Source: Dimorphilus gyrociliatus (Eukaryota > Animalia > Annelida). Taken from it: 32,662 nucleotides of DNA. Within the stretch, counting starts at the first letter, position 1. Every line of letters begins with the position of its first letter. The notes below the pieces were generated by a model. That model saw nothing but the letters and a program-made list of their open reading frames with translations, was not told the origin of the DNA and did not search any database. Position numbers and translations under genes: made by a program. Of the stretch, positions 1 to 10,873 are shown piece after piece. The stretch lies in assembly GCA_904063045.1 (NCBI GenBank), contig CAJFCJ010000126.1:1-32662 (forward strand), written 5' to 3'.

Positions 1-3000
1 AGTTGACTGGTTTGGTCATCTTGATACATCCCTTTCTTCTGTTGTATCTGAATCCCTTCTTGCATACACATCTGTATCCGAAAATGCCTCTTCTCATGCA
101 TCTTGCACCCTTGCATGGTTTCTTCAAACATGGGTTTGGTCTTGTGTATTTAACGCATCCCTTTTTACTGTTGTATCTGAATCCTCTCTACAGAGACATC
201 TGTAACCGAATCTTCCTCTTCTCACACATTTAGTTTTCTTACATGGGTCTTGGCACATGGATTATATTTCACACAGCCTTTAGCTCCGCGATAAATGAAT
301 CCTGGTCTACATAAACATTTGTATCCAGTGATACCTCTTCTGATGCATCTGGATTTTTTGCATGGTCTCTTCAAGCATGGGTTCTTTCCGTATTTAACGC
401 AGCCAATTTGGCGTTGTATCTGAATCCCTTCTTACATTGGCATCTGATTCTTCTACCCAAAGTCAAACATCTAGCATTTCCTATGCAAGAGTTCTTCTTG
501 CACAAGTTGACTGGTTTGGTCATCTTGATACATCCCTTTCTTCTGTTGTATCTGAATCCCTTCTTGCATACACATCTGTATCCGAAGAGTCCTCTTCTCA
601 TACATCTTGCACCCTTGCATGGTTTCTTCAAACATGGGTTTGGTCTTGTGTATTTAACGCATCCCTTTTTGCTATTGTATCTAAATCCTCTCTTGCACAA
701 ACATCTGTAACCAGAAAGACCTCTTCTCAAACATCTGGCTCCCTTGCATGGTCTCTTTGAACATGGTTCTTGTTGTATTTGATACAGCCTTTGTTCTGTT
801 GTAGAAGAGTCCCTTCTTGCAGACACATCTATATCCAGCAATACCTCTTCTGAGACATTTAGCTCCCTTACATGGTCTCTTCAAGCATGGGTTTGGTCTT
901 GTGTATTTCACACATCCCTTTTTGCCATAATATCTGAAGCCTGGTTTACAAAGACATCTATAACCGTTGAAACCTCTTCTCATACATCTGGCTCCCTTGC
1001 ATGGTTTCTTCAAGCATGGGTTGAAGTTGAATTTGACACAGCCTTTTTTGGCGTTGTATCTGAATCCTCTTCCACATTGACATCTGATTCTTCTGCCGAG
1101 AGATACACATCTAGCCTTTCCTTTGCAAGAATTCTTCTTGCACAATTGTGTAGCAGATCTCTTGCAAGATTTGGTTTTAGCATCAAGATGCTTCTTGGTG
1201 GACAAACACATCTATGACGTGAACCGATGTTGATACATCTTGCTTTTCCACATGGTTTTCTGGCACAAGGTCTGGACACACATCCAGCCTTTGCGCTATA
1301 ATATTGACTTCTCTTGCATACACATCTGTATCTAGTCAAACCACGACGGAAACATCTAGCTGGCTTTCTACATGGGTTGCTGTCACATGGGCTGGTCAAA
1401 GTTTTGACATCCCTTTGTTCTATAGTATTTTTGTCCAGATGGACAAATGCAACGGTATCCTTCTTCAAACCGAAACATCTAGCTCCACGTTTACATGGGT
1501 TCTTGGCACATAATTGGGCACTGTTACAAAGATGCAAGTGATAATGATATGTTCATTGTGGATTATTTGTATAATCCTTTAATGGTCTACTTACAGTCAG
1601 ATGTCTTTGGTGCAACTCTGAGAGAACTGGCCTTGTTTCCTGGTTTGATTACGTCGTATTCTCCTGTGGGAAACGGGCAATGGGATAACATATCCTCCCT
1701 TGTCGTACAATTCCCATGTTTTCTTGCCAATAACTTTCAATGATTCGACTCTATCTCCAAATTTCAATTCAGATAATTCTGGAGTATCCTTTTCAACGAC
1801 GATGAAATCTCCCTTGAAGTTTTCTTCATCGTACAAAATGATACCTTCTCTTGGCTCTTTCACTATCTTCGTACACAGCCTTTGGCTTCATCGTATTCGA
1901 AATCATCATCTTTGCAGGTACATTTGAAACCATTGGCGAGATCGGCGCATGTTGCTCCTGTTTTGCATGGGTTTGGTTTACAATTGTCAACGTCTTCTGG
2001 AGATCTCTGATAGATGAAACTTTGTCATCAGCACCGTATCTCTTCAAAGTTGGGTATTTTCCTTGCTTCAAGATGACCAATTCGTCTTCATATTTGTCGT
2101 CATCATAGAGTTGCCATCTCTGCCACCAAACACGATAGCGGATTCGGCAGTGTTATCACATCCGATTTGGGACAAATCTGGTACATCGTCCTTGACAACG
2201 CAACGTTTTCCCTTGAAGTTTTCTTCAGAGTAGAAAACGACTCCTTCCTTTGGATCTTCCTCTTTGTCATCATCGTCAGCATCATCATCGTCATCCAACG
2301 AAGAAGCAACACATCCCTTGAGTCTGTCGTATTCCATTCCTCGTCGTGGACATTTGCATTCGTAGAATTTTTCTGTGAGTTCACAAGTGGCTCCACCCTT
2401 GCAAATGTTGTTGATAGAACAGTAGTCTCTGAAGCATTCCTTTTCTCTCTTGATGAATCCCTTTTGCAGGTGAAACAGGAGTTCTTTTTGCAGGATTCTG
2501 TAAAGGTTATTAATGAATTTTATTGCAAATACAAAATAACCTGCTCCTACTATATTCTACTTACGTTCGCATGTCTTGACGGCAAGTTTAGGTTGAATTT
2601 TGACCAAATCTTCGAAATCTTCAATTTCCAATAAATGACTGTCGAATGGTTTGGAAGCAATGGCCTTCAATTCATCTTTGTCCAATCTCTTTCCAACACC
2701 AACAGCAAATGTTGTTACCTTTGCAGTTTAAGTGAATTAGCAGCAGCCAACGTGAGTCTCTTATTGTAAGATCTTCCATCTGTGACAACAATAGCAATGT
2801 GTGGTACATTCTTTCTTGCTGAAGCGAACGCTCTCTTAGCAGAAGTGAGAGCGCAGCTGTGTTGTTCCTCCTCTTGTGTATGGTGTGCTCAAGATGGCCT
2901 TAACAAGGCTCTGTTTGTTTGTGTACTTGGCAAAGGAGAATCTATTTCTAACGGAAGATGCGAATGTCATCAAACCAACACGAACATCTTTCTTTCCAAT

Positions 3001-6000
3001 CTTCATTTTGTTTACAACTTCGGCTGTGAATTTCTTGACTTCTTCAAAGTTATGAGCTCTGACAGATCCAGAAGCGTCCAAAACGAAAAGGATATCGGCT
3101 TCAGCGCCGCATCCATCTCCCATGTCTGGAACAGCAATACAACCCTTTCTCTTGTCATACACGTTTCCGATTGGGCAAGAGCATCTGTATCCACCACCAT
3201 AATTGATACATTTCGATCCTTCGACACAAATGTCTTTGTCTTCGCATTCATTGATGTCGATACATTTGTTGTTTTCTCTCTTGTATCCTCTTGGACATCT
3301 GATTGTTAGACCGTAATATGGTCTCAAAGAGCTGACCTTTGTTCTTGAAGACAAATTGATACAGTTTCCGGCGCGGGCGGCATAGGAGAAGTGTCTGAAG
3401 TATTTGCCGTTGTACAACAACCAGATTTTCTTTCCACTGACCATAACTGACTCGGCAGTGTTATCGAAAGGACCGAGGTTGGAGGAAGCAGAGTAGAATG
3501 TCTTTTGTTTTCCTTTACAGTCTCCATCATCGAAGAGAATGATTCTGTCACCACTTGGATTTTTGGTTTAGCACATCCGTTACGTGTGTAGACAAATCCA
3601 GCTGGACAAGCGCAAACGAAGCTGCTCTTTCTGTTCGAACACTTAGCATTTCCTCTACAACGTCCGGCTTTGAAGCAAGCATCGTAATCTGTGTGAAGAG
3701 AAAAAGTATGTATTGATTTTTGTCAAGTAGTGTTTGTGAATCGATCGCAATGTGACTCTCTCTATGACCTTCAATTATAACACTTACAGCATTTTCCATC
3801 AGATTCGTAATATCCTGGTCTGCATTTGATGCATTTCTTGCCGGATGGACATGCAGATTGACAGGCTCTTGAAGCAAGAGACAAATAGATACCACCCAAA
3901 GCATTGAAGTCGCTGGCGGCGAAAGAATGCTTTGCTGTTGGTTCGGAAGCCATGGCTTTCAATTCTCCAGCATCCAAGTTGTGTCCGATTCCAACAGAAA
4001 TCAATTTGACGGATTTGTCCTTAAGGATTTTCTGTAAAACATATAACGATAGAAATATATATTAATGCTAATGTCTATGAAGTGTTCCGAAAACTCACAT
4101 CAGCTTCTTGGATTGTTCTGCGGCGGTTGTTTGATCTTCCATCAGTGATTACAACAACGATTGTTGGAGTGTTCTTTCTGCTTTTTGGCAATACAGTCAT
4201 ACGAGTGAATTTCAAGGCTCTGTCAGTGGCAGTACCACCTCCTCTGTATCTGATTCTCAAAATGTTATCCAAGAGAGATTTCTTGCTGGAGTGTTTGTCC
4301 AAGTTGAATTCCAAGTAGGTTCTTGATTGGTATTTGACGACGGAAACACGCATGGCGTTTTTTCCAATAGTGAATTTAGAAGCAATGTTGTAGACAAATC
4401 TCTTCATTTTTTCAAAATTGTGAGATCCAACAGATCCGGAAGAATCCATGACGAAGACAATATCTGATTTGGAAGCACATCCTTCACCTAAATCGGGGAT
4501 CTTTTGACATCCATCTTGTGAGTCATACACTGTTCCTTGTGGACAAGCGCATCTGTATCCTCCTCTTTGGTTAACACATTTAGCTCCATGTTTGCATGGT
4601 TTAGTTTTACATTCGTCAATATCGACGCATTTCCCTTTCACCAATTTTGATCCTCTGCTGCATCTTGGAATGGAATATCTATTGCAAGAATTGTAAACAA
4701 CCTTCTTTCCATTCAACATGTAATAGGACATGCCGAATTTCTTTTGAATTGGGTATTTGACATTGTTGATCATGACCATCTTTTTGAGGTAGCTGCTCAT
4801 GGTTCCGATGCTACTGAAGAGGTTGAATGACGTCTTCTTGCCGTTGAGTGTGAAGTAGAATCTTCCCTTTTGTTTAACATCACGGATGACATTAATACGT
4901 TTCTTTCCATATTGGAAATAGTAGTTTGATCCTGATGGTCTCAAAGAGAAACTCTTGCCATTGATTCTCAATGATGCGGTTCTGATTGATGTTCTTGGTG
5001 GTGTTGTAAGACCGCCGAAAGAAAGTTTGACTTGGTAGTTTTTACCGTTAAAGTTCAATTTATATGTGTTTGGAGTAGTTGTTCTGTTCAAATAGAGGTT
5101 ATAGGTATAGCGGACTATTTGAATTTGTTAGGTGATTGAAACAGTAAGGTGACAAATTGTATTTACCTCATGAGACGGTATGTCTTCTTTGCAAAGTAAA
5201 AGATCCAATGACTTCCGGAACGTGTGAGGGAGAATGATTTTCCACCAATTCTGAGTGTAGGTGTAGCTCTTCTTTGGGCAACACAGGCTCTGTTTCTTGT
5301 GTAGTATTTTCTTCCTCCTCTGTAGAAGTAGTAAGATCTTCCGCTTCCTCTATTTAATGTGTATCTGTATTTGCTTCCCAAAAGATAACTGTAGGAAGAG
5401 AATGGTTTGTAATGAATTGTCGTGGTTATGTTTTGAAAGGGTTGGGTGGAATGATTTTACTAACGTTTTGCTTCCGAGACCGATTGGTTTCATATTTTTG
5501 TCTACGTAAACCTTGCGTTTGCTCTTTCCGTAAATGAAGTAATAGCGACTTCCCTCCAGGCGTAATTGAAATTTCATACCTCCGTAGTAGAGATATTTGA
5601 CGCTGCTCTTCATCATTGATGAGATCTGAGAAGAAGTGTACCAAACCTTTTTGTTGTTTTTCAAAATGTAGTATTTCAAGCCATTTTTGTATAGACGGTA
5701 TCTGACGCCACCGATCATAATGTATCTGATACTGGCACCAGTAGTCTTTCCACGTCTGTTCAAGTAGATGGCTTTTCCGTTGATGATGTAATAATAACGG
5801 CCGCTCTTTGATTTGCGGAGTTCGTATTTCTTACCACCAATTCTGATGTATCTCTTGTAACTGGAGCGTTTGATGATTGTTTTCTTTGTATAGGTGACTT
5901 TTCTGTTACCAAAAGAAACGTATCTCTTGAGAGCTCCAATTCTGAAGAACCATCTACTTCCTTCTTTTTGTAGAAGGTAACGTTTTCCCCCGTAGATGTA

Positions 6001-6409
6001 GTATCTGTGAAAGATGAAGTATAGGAATGAGAGGAAATCATTGAAGGTTTCACTCGATAAAGGGAATAATGGGATATGGAAGAGAGGCATTACTTTACCT
6101 TCTATAAGAAACAAAACGCTTCTGTGTTGTTTTCTTACTGGTAGAGTATTTCCAGTAATTAACATAGAAGGTTCTACTTCCGATTTTATAGAAGTATCTA
6201 CCATCTTTAGCTTTTTGGATCAAATATTTATTTGTTCCATTTCTGAAGTAAGTTTTCGATTCAAATGTCTTGTAATATTTTGTTGGTCTAATGGTTTTTT
6301 TCAGGATAGAGCGTCCAACCGTTTCAGAGTCTGTTGGACTTTTCAATATAAGAGCTCCAGCTGTTGCTGCTAAGAGCACGATAAGGCAAAGCCGAGGTAT
6401 CGGCAGCAT
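1..6409 (-). CDS. Second type A copy, 3' part off the window edge; about 20 single-base deletions in 1-3560, probably consensus errors
   Basis: Exons 6409-6099, 6004-5465, 5388-5167, 5083-4099, 4031-3788, 3688-2565, 2497-1595, 1520-<1. Carries type-A diagnostic residues (IVLL and KKTIRP at the N-terminus; RPNPCLKKPCKGARCM in EGF repeat 8) and the same upstream flank as the copy at 22321-31204. Offset to that copy drifts from 24776 at base 1 to 24796 by ~3600. Confidence 0.75.
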
Positions 6410-6441
6410 ATTTGTTTGCAGGTTGTTGTTATCTAAGTTAC

Positions 6442-6497
6442 CTGAAATGATGAAAATTTTTAAGTTAATTCTGCTTTTGCTTTTTCGTTATACATAC
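6442..6497 (-). other. Putative 56-nt 5'UTR intron of type A (repeat copy 31237-31292)
   Basis: G|GTATGT donor, tttcatcatttcAG acceptor 32 nt before the ATG. Confidence 0.6.
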
Positions 6498-6548
6498 CGG
6501 AGTCGAAAGTATATTTCGGCTCTGATGTTTTTACTCGATATCGTTTTG

Positions 6549-6589
6549 GTCGAGTGACAAAGATTTTTGAACTTTCTGTGATTTATATA
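6549..6589 (-). promoter_or_regulatory. Core promoter of type A: TATATAAA (6589-6582) and initiator-region GTCACTCGAC (6558-6549)
   Basis: Minus strand ctatataaat, then ttgtcactcgac 29 nt after the TATAAA start; followed by a 5'UTR intron and the ATG. Confidence 0.6.
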
Positions 6590-8001
6590 GTTTTTTAATA
6601 TTTGTTTAACATGTTCGTTAGCACTCCTTTCTCCATATTTTTTTAATTGATTAGAAAGATGTGGCGTCTATTTTTGAACATTTTACATCTGTGTCTAAAA
6701 ATAGAGATTCAATTTTATATACTCTTTTAAAGCAGTTTGTGAAAGGTCATAGTCTAATAGACTTTTTGTTCACAGTGAAATAGTTTTTTAGTAAAGGTTT
6801 GTTTTTTGTTACCCTTTTTCTTTACGTGTGATGTTTGTTGCTATGACTGTCTTTCTTATGTTTATTGTAATGATTTTGCAATGTTCTTTTTTACGTCGAA
6901 AATTATATTATTTCCTTTTTTGTGTTGAAATATAGATTGTTTTAGAAAACTCCTTTGTTCAGTTAATGATCTTTTTGATAAGTTCTGTATCATAACAGCC
7001 TTTCATTGATACTAGATGTTGATCAAGCCTATTAAGGAATTGGTTTTTATTTAGAAATATTTATCTTGAATTAGCAGACGTATTAGAAACGGGAAAATTT
7101 GGAAGAATATGTTGAAATTCTTAAGAAGTTTGAAGGGAACATTACATTGTTCACATGATATTATCGAGTTTTTGTCCAATAAAGCAATGTGATATATGCA
7201 ATAACCGTAATTTGAGATAGCTGTAAACTTAATGGCAGATTAGCGTATATAACTCATGCTTAACTGTCTCGAAATGAGCTACATTTACAAGTGCAGACGT
7301 TATTGGATGAAATTAGAAAGTTTACTCCTTTAAGTAAGTTTTCAACTACATAAAATACTATTAAGAGTCATTAAAGATTTTAATTACTAGTATTTAGTCG
7401 TTAAACCGTTGATAACATCAGTATTATAAAAATTAGTAACTTGTGACTGTATGTGAAAAACTTAGGTTCGAATACTCTCAAGATAATACGTTTTTTCTTT
7501 TTGTTTTCATACTATGATTTACTACTTAACACTATTATTTAATTTAATGGTTAATAGTGATTCTGATTTCTCAAGTATTATAACAAATAAACTCTTTATA
7601 ATAAAATTATCTTAAACTGTTAAATTTGCATATTTTCTACTTTTTCGCAGAGATAAGGCGCTTTTTAAAACTAAATGTTAATACTAAAGCAAACATTGGT
7701 ATGAGAAGACATTAGCCTAATCCTTTTTGAGAATTGTCCATGTTTTCTCAACTTTGCTCTCCATTATGGTGAACTTGTGCTCATTATACACGATTACTAG
7801 ACAATATTCTACAGGAGATTTTTTTGTTCTTATTGCTAAAATGCTTTCAAGAAATCGCCTATTCTATTTATTAAATATTCTGATAACTTTTAAATAAAAA
7901 CACATTTCAAACAAAAGTTTAATATGCTTCAGTAAATTTTTAGTATTTGAACAGGATATAATTCAGTTTCCCACAATGAATAACTGAAGTTGTACATTTC
8001 A

Positions 8002-8007
8002 TTTATT
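8002..8007 (-). terminator. Candidate polyadenylation signal AATAAA of the small gene
   Basis: tttatt on the plus strand ~48 nt past the stop; the background is AT-rich, so it may be chance. Confidence 0.45.
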
Positions 8008-8054
8008 CAAAACTTTTATATTATTAAGTGATGTAATTTCTATTTAGCATTGAG

Positions 8055-9017
8055 TTATATCACATCTGTTGTTAGTTCTGTTGTTGGTACTTCAGTAGTT
8101 GGTAGTTCAGTAGTTGGTAGTTCAGTAGTTGGTAGTTCAGTAGTTGGTAGTTCAGTTGTTGGAACTTCAGTTGTTGGTAGTTCAGTAGTTGGAACTTCAG
8201 TAGTTGGTACTTCAGTTGTTGGTAGTTCAGTAGTTGGTAGTTCAGTTGTTGGCAGTTCAGTGGTTGGAACTTCAGTTGTTGGCAGTTCAGTGGTTGGAAC
8301 TTCAGTTGTTGGTACTTCAGTTGTTGGTACTTCAGTTGTTGGCAGTTCAGTGGTTGGAACTTCAGTAGTTGGTACTTCAGTAGTTGGTACTTCAGTTGTT
8401 GGTACTTCAGTTGTTGGTAGTTCAGTTGTTGGTACTTCAGTTGTTGGTACTTCAGTAGTTGGTACTTCAGTAGTTGGTACTTCAGTTGTTGGTACTTCAG
8501 TTGTTGGTAGTTCAGTTGTTGTTACTTCAGATGTAGTTGTGTGATGTTTTTTAATACATCCGTAGAAGTAGAGATATTTATATCCATCTGGGCAAACACA
8601 CTTGTAAAAGTAACCTTTAGGTACGCATTTGGAGATTCCTCTACATCTGTTTCGACTACAGGCATTTATACATCCCCTAAAATGGCTATAGTATTCACCA
8701 TTTTTACAGATGCATGTATATCCATAGGCTCCTCGTCTTTTGCATACTGCATTTCGACATGGTTGGTAGTTGCAAGGGTTGAAATTGTTTTTAACACAGC
8801 CTAGGTTTGTCTTGTAGACGTAACCTGGGTAGCATAAACACCTAAACCTGCTCCAACCATAGGAAAAGCAAATACCCTTTTTGCATGGATTATTACGACA
8901 AGGGTTATGATAGGAGACGAAGTGTGAATTGCTATGCTTGTAACTAGGACTGTTGGAATGGGCTGCAACAATTGCAACTAAAAGAAAAAGTTGGCATATT
9001 TTAAAAATCGGCCACAT
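8055..9017 (-). CDS. Small secreted paralog, 320 aa: signal peptide, His/Ser-rich leader, 3 Tyr-rich EGF-like repeats, ~29 PTTE(V/L) repeats
   Basis: Single uninterrupted ORF MWPIFKICQLFLLVAIVAAHS...; three 6-Cys units with the same spacing as the big-gene repeats (NPCRNNPCKKGIC..RCLCYPGYVYKTNLGC); ends TTDVI-TAA; has its own TATA box, 5'UTR intron and AATAAA. Confidence 0.88.
   Translation of the reverse strand: MWPIFKICQLFLLVAIVAAHSNSPSYKHSNSHFVSYHNPCRNNPCKKGICFSYGWSRFRCLCYPGYVYKTNLGCVKNNFNPCNYQPCRNAVCKRRGAYGYTCICKNGEYYSHFRGCINACSRNRCRGISKCVPKGYFYKCVCPDGYKYLYFYGCIKKHHTTTSEVTTTELPTTEVPTTEVPTTEVPTTEVPTTEVPTTELPTTEVPTTEVPTTEVPTTEVPTTELPTTEVPTTEVPTTEVPTTELPTTEVPTTELPTTELPTTELPTTEVPTTEVPTTELPTTEVPTTELPTTELPTTELPTTELPTTEVPTTELTTDVI
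8066..8535 (-). repeat. Coding VNTR of ~29 x 15-nt PTTE(V/L) in the small gene
   Basis: Tandem ggt(a/t)(g/c)ttcag(t)(a/t)gtt-type 15-mers on the plus strand. Confidence 0.95.
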
Positions 9018-9034
9018 CTCTTCTTATAGGATAT

Positions 9035-9099
9035 CTGAATAAAAGATTTAAAAAGAATTATTAAAGTATTAAACAAATTATCTAATATGTAACACTTAC
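9035..9099 (-). other. Putative 65-nt 5'UTR intron of the small gene
   Basis: GTAAGT donor, ttttattcAG acceptor 17 nt before the ATG. Confidence 0.6.
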
Positions 9100-9150
9100 T
9101 GTAAAAACTTGAGTTTTAAGTTTCCTTAGTAACTTTTACCTTGATTCTGA

Positions 9151-9191
9151 GTCAAGTGACAATATTTTCATACAAATTTCAGGCTTTTATA
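9151..9191 (-). promoter_or_regulatory. Core promoter of the small gene: TATAAAA (9191-9185) and GTCACTTGAC (9160-9151)
   Basis: 31-nt spacing; followed by a 5'UTR intron and the ATG at 9017. Confidence 0.6.
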
Positions 9192-10723
9192 CATTTTTTT
9201 GTTTAATCAATATGCTGTTGAACATTTTGTTACATACATTTTTTGTATTGATATACAATATTACACAATCGATATATTAAAAATTCTTATCAAATATCAA
9301 TTATATTTCAACAAAATGTTTTAATATTTCAAGTTTAATATATTATTTAAAAGAAGCAAGCGAAAACGTTACTAATAATTGGGCGTTTGACGTTTATTTG
9401 CGTCATTATAATCATAGAATATATATTAATCTATAAAAAAAAAGGAATTATTGAGTAATGTAAAGGAATTTTTAAATATCAAATTTTACTTTTATTTACA
9501 AAAGATGTTGAAGAAAATTTTTTGTTTACATTGTAATAAATCTTTTCCGGTGTACCAACATAACGATTTATTTTATAAACTATGTGTTATATTTATTATT
9601 ACGGATAAAGATTAAATTCTCCATTCAATTAATAATTTATTCAGTTAACGTATATTATCCAAGATATGACTTGCTACTATTTTTCATTAAAATTACCTTT
9701 TTTTTATATTTTATTATGTATTTACTTAATACTCTCTTTAAAATTGTTTGTTATACAATTTATTAATCAATAGTGATAACCAGAGTTTAATTGTCGAAAG
9801 AGATTCTTTACATTATAATAAATTTCAACCTAAAGGTTTTTAGGTATATATGTTATTTCCAATCTGTTTTCTTAATTATAACCGAATAATGAATATTAAT
9901 TAAATTTTATGCTAATTACATAATTATACTATTTCTCGTCCATTTTAATAACGGTCATTTATGTGAGTGCAAAAACGTACACTTTGTAATAGTTTTCATC
10001 TCTCTAAATACTGCATTAGTTTCTCTTAAACCATAGCTAGTCATGACTTGATAGATAGGAACAACTTTATTTAAAAAAGCTCATTTAATCAATCTATAAA
10101 CTAGAGCATCCTATAAACTATGAATGCGTATAATAATATGGAAAACCTGACAAAAGAAATAATGAAAACGATCAATTTTAATCAAGAATTCGTTACTATT
10201 TTACTGATTTGAGAGATGATCATGCCTTGTTCTAATAATATTTTATGCTATGAATAGGAAACACATCCAGCATCAAAGGCATTTAAAATTTAATCAATCA
10301 TATGATTTACATTATAAATTAGCACTTTACTTTTGCTGTACTTCCTAACATTTTAAGCGATATTGCCACCGAAAACAACTCTACTGCAAAATGACCGCAT
10401 AAAGATGCAAGAAAGACAACAAAACATGTTCAGCTACCAAGTGTTATAAATTCCCAGTTACAGATAAAAAAAATTAAACAACTAAGTGAAAAAAAGTTCG
10501 ATACAATTTCTCCTAATATTGAAGAATTTTGAGGCGTTAAATAAAGAAACAGATTACAAAAAAAGGTTATTATTCTTTTCAAGTTAAATTCCGCTCTTTG
10601 ATAACCATAGAAAAAAAGAATACAACACAAATAAAAACATGCCACTGATTAAATAATAGTTATTTCTAACCACATTTCTTTATTAGTCAAACAATTCCTT
10701 TTCAAATACTTCTATGAGTAATA

Positions 10724-10729
10724 TTTATT
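10724..10729 (-). terminator. Candidate polyadenylation signal AATAAA of type B
   Basis: tttatt ~145 nt past the stop; a second one at 10679-10684. Confidence 0.35.
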
Positions 10730-10873
10730 AAATAAGATAAGTAACACTATTTTATACTAATCAAGAACTCCATCAATAAAACCAAATGATTGCTTCAAAA
10801 TAAGTATATTCTATCAAAAGTCAATAATTTTAAAACAATAAATATAAAGCACAGACACGAAATTTAAATCAAA

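Larger units (their letters stand above)
1..7872 (+). repeat. Left copy of ~7.9-kb direct repeat (matches 24777-32662)
   Basis: Base 1 agttgactgg aligns to 24777; 7851 gaaatcgcct aligns to 32641. The match includes the non-coding 1.4 kb upstream of the type A ATG. Period about 24.8 kb. Confidence 0.95.

Noticed and set aside
6005-6204. N-terminal extension MVDTSIKSE...FLSFLYFIFH of the 284-aa ORF (also in the other copies)
   Set aside because: It is an off-frame part of exon 1 plus intron 1 and its pyrimidine tract.
8066-8535. Regular short repeats that might suggest a CRISPR array or telomere-like tract
   Set aside because: Units abut with no unique spacers, are multiples of 3 nt and translate in frame; the context is eukaryotic.
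8050-8544. Plus-strand ORF of VVGSS/VVGTS repeats (also 11844-12356 and 23291-23767)
   Set aside because: Antisense shadow of the PTTE coding repeats; no independent start context or domain.
9380-9410. CRE/AP-1-like TGACGT and TGCGTCA motifs upstream of the small gene (TGACGT also near 20309)
   Set aside because: Short motifs with no conserved position across the three promoters.
9200-10860. Short ORFs (9584-9766, 10430-10645) and possible mobile element in the spacer
   Set aside because: Very AT-rich, low-complexity translations; no terminal repeats or transposase/RT motifs visible.
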